Part shown: one piece after another, positions 24,726 through 26,639 of the stretch
Layout of the letters: each line of letters starts with the position of its first letter
How positions within the stretch are numbered: the first letter of the stretch is position 1
Assembly (NCBI GenBank): GCA_003218615.1
Contig: QHOD01000001.1
Span: 1 to 26,639 of the forward strand
Source: Verrucomicrobiota bacterium
GTDB taxonomy: Bacteria; Verrucomicrobiota; Verrucomicrobiia; Chthoniobacterales; UBA10450
Reading direction: 5' to 3'
Length of the DNA stretch: 26,639 nucleotides
Notes under the pieces: model-generated
The model's input: the letters and a program-made list of their open reading frames with translations, nothing else
Database searches by the model: none
What the model was told of the DNA's origin: nothing
Program-made: the position numbers and the translations under genes

Positions 24726-26369
24726 ATGGTTGTTCGATCACTCTTCCGGCGGCTGTGCGCTGGTCAATTTGGCCGGCGCATCTTCGTTGCGCTTTTAGTG
24801 ATAACGCTCTTGGTTGCGGGGATTGGGCTCCGGCAGTGGACCTGGCAGAAGACAAAACACGTGCGTTTCCAGCACGATATCGTCAACGGCTTCTACTGGG
24901 GCAGCGAGACATTGGCCGAAGGACGCAAACTATCGCCCGACGCGCCCGATTCCTGGTTCGCATTCTTCCGAGGCTATTTCGCACTGTACGATCGCGTAAA
25001 ACGTGAAGCTTACGAAGGCGATTACGGTCTCGATTATCCACCGTTGCGGCTTCTGGCGATGTCGATCTGGGCGAGGCAAGTACGCGAACAATTCCCGGGA
25101 GTCGATGACGGGCACCCCGAGCACGTCAAACCGCTGCTGCATGCAAATCTAGTCTGCGAACTCATTTCCGCGGTGGCGCTTTTTTTCCTTGTGCGCCTTT
25201 GGATGCGCCGGGCATCGGGCGCGACAGGATCGCCTTTTTTGCGTCGCGTCCCAGCGGAGCGGCGCGCTTTGATTTGCGGTCTGACAGCAGCAAGCGTCGC
25301 CTGGCTGGAGCCATCCATGATCCTCGATGCGCACGGCTGGCCGCAGTGGGATGCATGGATCGTGCCGTTTTATTTGCTTGCGGCGCTCGCCGCATCGACA
25401 AAGCGGTGGTTCTGGTGCGGTTGCCTGTTGGCGGCTGGCGCAATGCTTAAAGGCCAGCTGCTATTTGTTGCACCTTTCTTTGTTCTCTGGCCGCTGTGGC
25501 AAAAAAGATGGGCCTCCGCGCTGCGATTACTCGCTGGTTTTACAACGACGGCCGCTTTGCTGGTGTCGCCGTGGCTTCTCCGCACTCCTGCGGCGTGGAT
25601 TAGCGTCACGATCATTGGGCTCGTTGGTTCCTTTGTCATTCTGAGGCGCAGATTGCCGCACGCAGGAGCGTGGATCGCTGGTCTAACTGCGCTGACCGCG
25701 TTCATCGCCGGCGCCCTCGCAGGCGGGAGTTTCGCCTGGTTGCAGATTGGTTTTCTCTACGGGAGCGAGCATTATCCTTATCTCTTCATCAGCTCGTGCT
25801 ATAACCTGCCATTTTTACTCGATAACCTCGGATGGTCGCTAAAATGGCCGATGTGGTCCTACGAGTTTGGGTCGCGCTATGTTGCCATCACGCCGCAATG
25901 GACATTGCGCGTCCTGTATCTGGGCACGCTGGCATTATGCGCGCGCGGAGCCGCGCGGCACACAAGAAACCGTGATCCCCGGGGGCTAATTGCAATCGCC
26001 GCGCCGTGGCTGGTGATGTTCGCGTTGCTGGGGCAAATGCAGGAACGCTATCTGGTGTGGGGTGCGGTGGTAAGCGCAGTCGCCCTCGGCGTAAGCGTTA
26101 GATTGAGCGCGATTCACTTTGTCATTTCTGTCGCGAGCACGGCGATGATCGCGCACGTAATGCTCATCGACAAGAAACTCGAGGCGACGTTGCGCGTGAT
26201 CAATCTTCTGCACAACGTCCGACCTTATGCCTCCGGTGTCGTGCTAGTTTGCGTGGCTGTTTGCCTGTGGGATGCACTCGCGGTTCGCCTTCCAATGTTC
26301 CAAAGCCGGCGCTATCGCCGGCTCGAGCCGGCTTCTCTTTCGCTCGGAGCAACTGCGGAAGAAGTCTGA
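24726..26369 (+). CDS. Polytopic membrane protein, GT-C-fold glycosyltransferase-like (Alg6/Alg8/GT87-like motifs)
   Basis: GLDYPPL after the first TM segment, DAHGWPQWD, LKGQ and MQERY motifs; many hydrophobic helices. Confidence 0.7.
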   Translation: MVVRSLFRRLCAGQFGRRIFVALLVITLLVAGIGLRQWTWQKTKHVRFQHDIVNGFYWGSETLAEGRKLSPDAPDSWFAFFRGYFALYDRVKREAYEGDYGLDYPPLRLLAMSIWARQVREQFPGVDDGHPEHVKPLLHANLVCELISAVALFFLVRLWMRRASGATGSPFLRRVPAERRALICGLTAASVAWLEPSMILDAHGWPQWDAWIVPFYLLAALAASTKRWFWCGCLLAAGAMLKGQLLFVAPFFVLWPLWQKRWASALRLLAGFTTTAALLVSPWLLRTPAAWISVTIIGLVGSFVILRRRLPHAGAWIAGLTALTAFIAGALAGGSFAWLQIGFLYGSEHYPYLFISSCYNLPFLLDNLGWSLKWPMWSYEFGSRYVAITPQWTLRVLYLGTLALCARGAARHTRNRDPRGLIAIAAPWLVMFALLGQMQERYLVWGAVVSAVALGVSVRLSAIHFVISVASTAMIAHVMLIDKKLEATLRVINLLHNVRPYASGVVLVCVAVCLWDALAVRLPMFQSRRYRRLEPASLSLGATAEEV

Positions 26370-26488
26370 ACTGCGCGTTTTGACGGAAGGCGAGATTGGA
26401 CCTTGTAATAGATTCGATGCGGCGCGCTCGGCGGTCGCGCCGTACCATCATTCGCGTCTGCGATTTCACTTTTAGAACCGCTCCGCTC

Positions 26489-26639
26489 CTAACTCATTTT
26501 GGTTCGCACAAAAACGAAATACAGCACCAGCACTATCGCGAGGAGATAGGTCAGCCAGCTAATTTCGCGCCCGCGTCCGCTAAAGCCTTTAATGACAGGA
26601 TAACTGATAAAGCCAAGCGCCAGACCGTCCGCGATCGAA
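26489..26639 (-). CDS. NCS2-family (AzgA/PbuG-like) nucleobase permease, C-terminal end only
   Basis: Not in the ORF track; translated by hand: SIADGLALGFISYPVIKGFSGRGREISWLTYLLAIVLVLYFVFVRTKMS*, the typical C-terminus of this family. Confidence 0.8.
   Translation of the reverse strand, partial: SIADGLALGFISYPVIKGFSGRGREISWLTYLLAIVLVLYFVFVRTKMS

Noticed and set aside
1-26639. CRISPR array, rRNA or IS elements
   Set aside because: No regularly spaced repeats, rRNA-like sequence or terminal inverted repeats with a transposase were seen.

Overview
GC-rich bacterial window. Gene style and families suggest a soil Verrucomicrobium such as Chthoniobacterales; this is inference. The left flank (1-4110) is a minus-strand housekeeping run (DUF72, DUF2062, D-Ala-D-Ala carboxypeptidase, 6-phosphofructokinase, partial CtlX-like amidinotransferase) followed by tRNA-fMet. 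From 4198 to 24048 lies a ~19.8-kb segment bounded by a direct repeat: a truncated 5' half of tRNA-Asn on the left and the intact tRNA-Asn on the right. No integrase is visible. The segment carries an orphan biosynthetic locus: a divergent AsnB-type amidotransferase, a single-module fully reducing, C-methylating type I PKS (KS-AT-DH-MT-ER-KR-ACP, no TE), a stand-alone condensation domain with no A domain, a membrane desaturase, a secreted protein, an ABC ATPase/permease/LolA-like export trio, a lipoprotein amidase, an uncharacterised secreted His/Cys protein and an RMD-like TPR protein. The right flank holds a small secreted protein, a GT-C-like membrane glycosyltransferase and the 3' end of an NCS2 permease. 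The best candidate for an undescribed system is the PKS + C domain + desaturase + ABC/LolA-like module. Its layout parallels mycobacterial Mas/PapA5/DrrABC/LppX lipid assembly and export. All family calls come from recognising motifs by eye, not from database searches.
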